DNA of 19,559 nucleotides from Oligoflexia bacterium (GTDB taxonomy: Bacteria > Bdellovibrionota > Bdellovibrionia > JABDDW01), in assembly GCA_043732305.1 (NCBI GenBank), contig JAYTHU010000013.1, positions 1 through 19,559 on the forward strand. Direction: 5' to 3'. The notes under the pieces were generated by a model, which saw only the letters and a program-made list of their open reading frames with translations, was not told where the DNA came from and searched no databases. The translations under genes and the position numbers were made by a program. Positions 16,525-19,559 of the stretch are shown here, one piece after another (position 1 is the first letter of the stretch; each line of letters starts with the position of its first letter).

Positions 16525-17232
16525 ATGTTCAAACGTATTTTAACATTGGCTCTAGTTACAGCGGTTTCTGGAAGTGCATTTGCAAAAGGTGCAGTAGAAG
16601 GTCGAGAAGAAGGCCGCGGTGAATCTAATAAAGCGATTCGCGAAATGATTAAGAGTTCACAATCTGCTCACGCAGAAGCTCGAGCAATCGTGCAAGACGT
16701 AAAGGGATTGGATTCATCCACTCGCTTTTCTAAAGCTATGACTCCTCTTGCTAACACCGCTCCCGGTAAATTGTCTGAGGTCATTTCAGATAAAGCTTTG
16801 AAGATTATTGCTAAGGATTCTATCAAGCAGATCGCTGCTACTGATTTGATTCAAGCTATTAGTTCTTCAATTGCTGACGGATCTTTGAATCCTGAAACAG
16901 CTGGTTTGTACAAAGCTGAATTGAATGATCTCGCTGCAAGCGATTCACTTATTCAGAACAAATTGTCTGATGTTGCTGCAAACGTTTTGGAAAGTTCTGA
17001 TGCACGAGTTGTTTTGACAGTTTTGTTGAACAAACGCGCAACTGAAAAAGCTGATCCTAAAAACGTTGGCAAATCACAAAAAGACAAACGAGCATTAGCT
17101 ATCGAAGACACAATGTTGGCTATGTCCACTGGTGACTTGACTGCACGCGCTGAAAAAGCTGGTCAAAAAGCTTACGATACTGACGAGCAATTAGAAAATG
17201 GCAATTGCACACTCGCATACGCTGCTAAGTAA
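16525..17232 (+). CDS. Secreted hypothetical protein, Ala/Lys/Glu-rich, predicted helical
   Basis: AAGGAG RBS, signal peptide MFKRILTLALVTAVSGSAFA, strongly biased codons, and its own terminator. Confidence 0.9.
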   Translation: MFKRILTLALVTAVSGSAFAKGAVEGREEGRGESNKAIREMIKSSQSAHAEARAIVQDVKGLDSSTRFSKAMTPLANTAPGKLSEVISDKALKIIAKDSIKQIAATDLIQAISSSIADGSLNPETAGLYKAELNDLAASDSLIQNKLSDVAANVLESSDARVVLTVLLNKRATEKADPKNVGKSQKDKRALAIEDTMLAMSTGDLTARAEKAGQKAYDTDEQLENGNCTLAYAAK

Positions 17233-17259
17233 TATCGATTCTTAAGTATTGAATTAAGG

Positions 17260-17296
17260 ACGGCTGTCACGAAATGTGACAGCCGTTTTCTTTTTT
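17260..17296 (+). terminator. Intrinsic terminator
   Basis: An 11-bp stem ACGGCTGTCAC-gaaat-GTGACAGCCGT is followed by TTTCTTTTTT. Confidence 0.9.
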
Positions 17297-17367
17297 GGTC
17301 ACTTGGCCGTCAATATGATGATTTTGTGAGGCCAAATCGCATAAGAAGAAGCGCAGGACTGATTTAG

Positions 17368-17383
17368 AGGCCCTATATTTGCA
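17368..17383 (+). promoter_or_regulatory. Putative sigma54 (-24/-12) promoter
   Basis: AGGCCCTATATTTGCA has GG-N10-GC spacing. ATG 17396 lies 13 nt after the -12 GC. Confidence 0.6.
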
Positions 17384-17395
17384 TTTCAAAGGTGT

Positions 17396-19559
17396 ATGGA
17401 GTTGAGAGTGTTTTTTCGCAAAATAATGAGTCTTCTCATCGTAGTGACAATGATCACGTTAGAGATCGCTTCCACTGCAATGGCTTCCCAAAGCACTCCT
17501 GGCAGTTCACTTCAGGTTTGGCACTACAACGATCGTGGTGAAGCAGAAATGCCTAACCCCTCCGATTCTAGTACAACTTTAATTTTGGATGCCGTACCCG
17601 AAGGTGCACTTCCCAAGCTTCCAGCAGTTGAGTATCAGCTTCCGTCAGTGGTGACTGGTGCCGAGCAAATGTCGTTGGGGACCTTAGGATTTATCGCAGG
17701 CTCCCATATTGAATGCGTTCAGCGAGCTATCCTCAGCCACGACAAGCTTCTCTATGAAGATTGCGTTGATCAGTTTCGGGACATGGGACAGTTGGTTGAT
17801 CTGACAGTGTTCAGTGCCATTGCTCAAATTCCTACTTCAATGATGAGTCTGATGATTCGCAATCGCTCCAACATGCAAATTGGCCGAGCGGCTCTGTTGA
17901 GTCAAGTTGGTTTAGATTTTAAAACTATGATCGGCGGACAAATTTTTGGTGGCGCCGGAATGATTGCCGGTAGCCTCGGTCAACATTTTTTCCACAAAGC
18001 GCGTACCAGTAAAGAATATGCAGAATGGATCAAAGCTAGAACGGAACGGGCATATTGGAAAGACCGTAAGCTTGAGATGGAAGATGTTGTCGCTTCAGCT
18101 CGGGGAGTTTTAGGAAATCCCAAGCTCACGCAAAAACAAAAATTCGATTCAGTCAGAGCCACTGTTGTTCAATATCATCAAATTCTTTTGTATGCTGTGA
18201 CCGATCAAAAACCAGAGGAAGTTCTTTCTACTCTTTACTCTGTTCCAGACGACATAGACAAACTGGTGAAAATTAAAGACATTTGTGATAAAAAAGTTCT
18301 TGCTGCGTCCAATCGTGTTTCGGCAAATTTAGATGCTATATGGACCAAAACAAAAGCTGTTGATAACAAAGAACTCAATGAGCTTGAAATCAGCACTTCC
18401 GAAATGGTTGTTACTACCATGATCATGGCTTCGGCTATGTTAATTGCTAAAACGATGGTTCGTGAAGTGGGTTACAAGGGAGCCAGGGTTGCTAGTCACT
18501 ACATTTCTCTAGAAGAATTATTCAATAGTTTGACTCCTCGTGAATCAGGCATCATTTATAATTCTTTTAGACACACACTGAATTCTCAAGATCTTGTTTC
18601 CGTTGACCCCGAACACTTCCATGCTCTCAAGTTTGAAGCGTTTGAGGCGAAGTTCAACCAGTTGAATGCGAGAGAACAAGAGCAAATGCTATCTAAAGTT
18701 CTTAAGGACAGATTCTCAAAACAATTTGCAGAGTCTCTGAAGCAAAACGGATCTAAGATTCTTCCCAAGTGGGTCATAAAAACGGGCAAGACGGTTTCGA
18801 AAAAATTTGAAATGTCTTATGCCGATCAAGTTTTCTACGGTGGGCGTGATCCTGTTATTTTGATCGACTCAGAACATGTGGGCGCGAAACTAGTACTAGG
18901 AAAGCAATCATGGAAAGAAGCTGTTAAAGATCTCACTAGCGGAAGAAAGAACTTTCTACGAGTGAACAAGTGGTTGTGGATTACAGCGGCTTCCGCAGTC
19001 ATGGGTTACACCTTTTTATCTGTGAATTCTGCAGTAAGGGATACTAGAGTGGAATTCGGTTATGAGCACACTCTTCCCAATTTATATATTCCTATTTTCA
19101 CTCGAGCGGGAATCACAAAATTCAATCTCACTGACGAACAAACCGCCATGGATTTTGGATTGATGAAACTCAATGATCGTATTGAACTCGTTTCCAAAAA
19201 AGTTACCGCAGCATCTGTGGATGCAGTTGCCGGCAAAGCTCCTGCTAATATGTCGGAAGTGGTGCAGGGCGGTGGGCTAGGGGATATGTCCGAAGATGAA
19301 ATCAAAGCACTTCCTCCAGCATACATCGGTTTTTTAGAGAAACTCGGCGAGTTTGATCAGGTCTTTAAATCTCATATCAATGACATGGTTTTGATGAAGT
19401 TCAATAAACACTTCAGCGTGTTTGAGAAAAAATTCAATGATGAAGAAGAAAGCAAAAGAAAAATCAATCAGTACCTGCGTTGGTTCAATCGCGGAACAAA
19501 AGAAAGCGATGCGGGCTTTTTATATAACGGAAATACCAATCCAGAAGACGCCGCAAGAT
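17396..19559 (+). CDS. Large secreted hypothetical protein, 3'-truncated (>=721 aa; absent from ORF track because no stop in window)
   Basis: Manual translation shows no stop from ATG 17396 (alternative GTG 17408 after GGAG) to the window end. Signal peptide MELRVFFRKIMSLLIVVTMITLEIASTAMA. Only short antisense ORFs overlap it. Confidence 0.88.
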   Translation, partial: MELRVFFRKIMSLLIVVTMITLEIASTAMASQSTPGSSLQVWHYNDRGEAEMPNPSDSSTTLILDAVPEGALPKLPAVEYQLPSVVTGAEQMSLGTLGFIAGSHIECVQRAILSHDKLLYEDCVDQFRDMGQLVDLTVFSAIAQIPTSMMSLMIRNRSNMQIGRAALLSQVGLDFKTMIGGQIFGGAGMIAGSLGQHFFHKARTSKEYAEWIKARTERAYWKDRKLEMEDVVASARGVLGNPKLTQKQKFDSVRATVVQYHQILLYAVTDQKPEEVLSTLYSVPDDIDKLVKIKDICDKKVLAASNRVSANLDAIWTKTKAVDNKELNELEISTSEMVVTTMIMASAMLIAKTMVREVGYKGARVASHYISLEELFNSLTPRESGIIYNSFRHTLNSQDLVSVDPEHFHALKFEAFEAKFNQLNAREQEQMLSKVLKDRFSKQFAESLKQNGSKILPKWVIKTGKTVSKKFEMSYADQVFYGGRDPVILIDSEHVGAKLVLGKQSWKEAVKDLTSGRKNFLRVNKWLWITAASAVMGYTFLSVNSAVRDTRVEFGYEHTLPNLYIPIFTRAGITKFNLTDEQTAMDFGLMKLNDRIELVSKKVTAASVDAVAGKAPANMSEVVQGGGLGDMSEDEIKALPPAYIGFLEKLGEFDQVFKSHINDMVLMKFNKHFSVFEKKFNDEEESKRKINQYLRWFNRGTKESDAGFLYNGNTNPEDAAR

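Noticed and set aside
17980..19326. Four short minus-strand ORFs in the track
   Set aside because: They are antisense shadows of the long plus-strand ORF starting at 17396.
1..19559. CRISPR arrays, tRNA/rRNA genes, transposases, prophage or defence genes
   Set aside because: No spaced repeats, cloverleafs, or transposase, integrase or nuclease motifs were seen on manual reading.

Overview
This is a gene-dense bacterial chromosomal window. It probably comes from a Bdellovibrionota/Oligoflexia-like organism, an inference from the IhfB and MutT sequence styles and the many signal-peptide orphan genes. Most of it encodes cell-envelope glycan functions: a 5'-truncated Gfo/Idh/MocA oxidoreductase, an HddC-like nucleotidyltransferase, gmhA, a GT4 plus WaaL-like ligase facing a DegT aminotransferase, and a wecG-like/gmd/fcl/NUDIX/GT4 operon. 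Interspersed are an exported rhodanese, an SCO protein, a PA14 lipoprotein-epmA-fur unit, ihfB and a MOSC protein. Several things are missing from the ORF track. (1) A >=721-codon secreted protein runs from 17396 off the right edge. (2) Three consecutive orphan secreted-protein genes (15780-19559) are each preceded by a GG-N10-GC sigma54-type promoter. (3) A decayed ankyrin-repeat gene at about 10901-11277 has an eroded copy of the same promoter. (4) A hydrophobic mini-ORF runs without a stop into the terminator at 1710-1740. I found no rRNA, tRNA, CRISPR array or mobile element.
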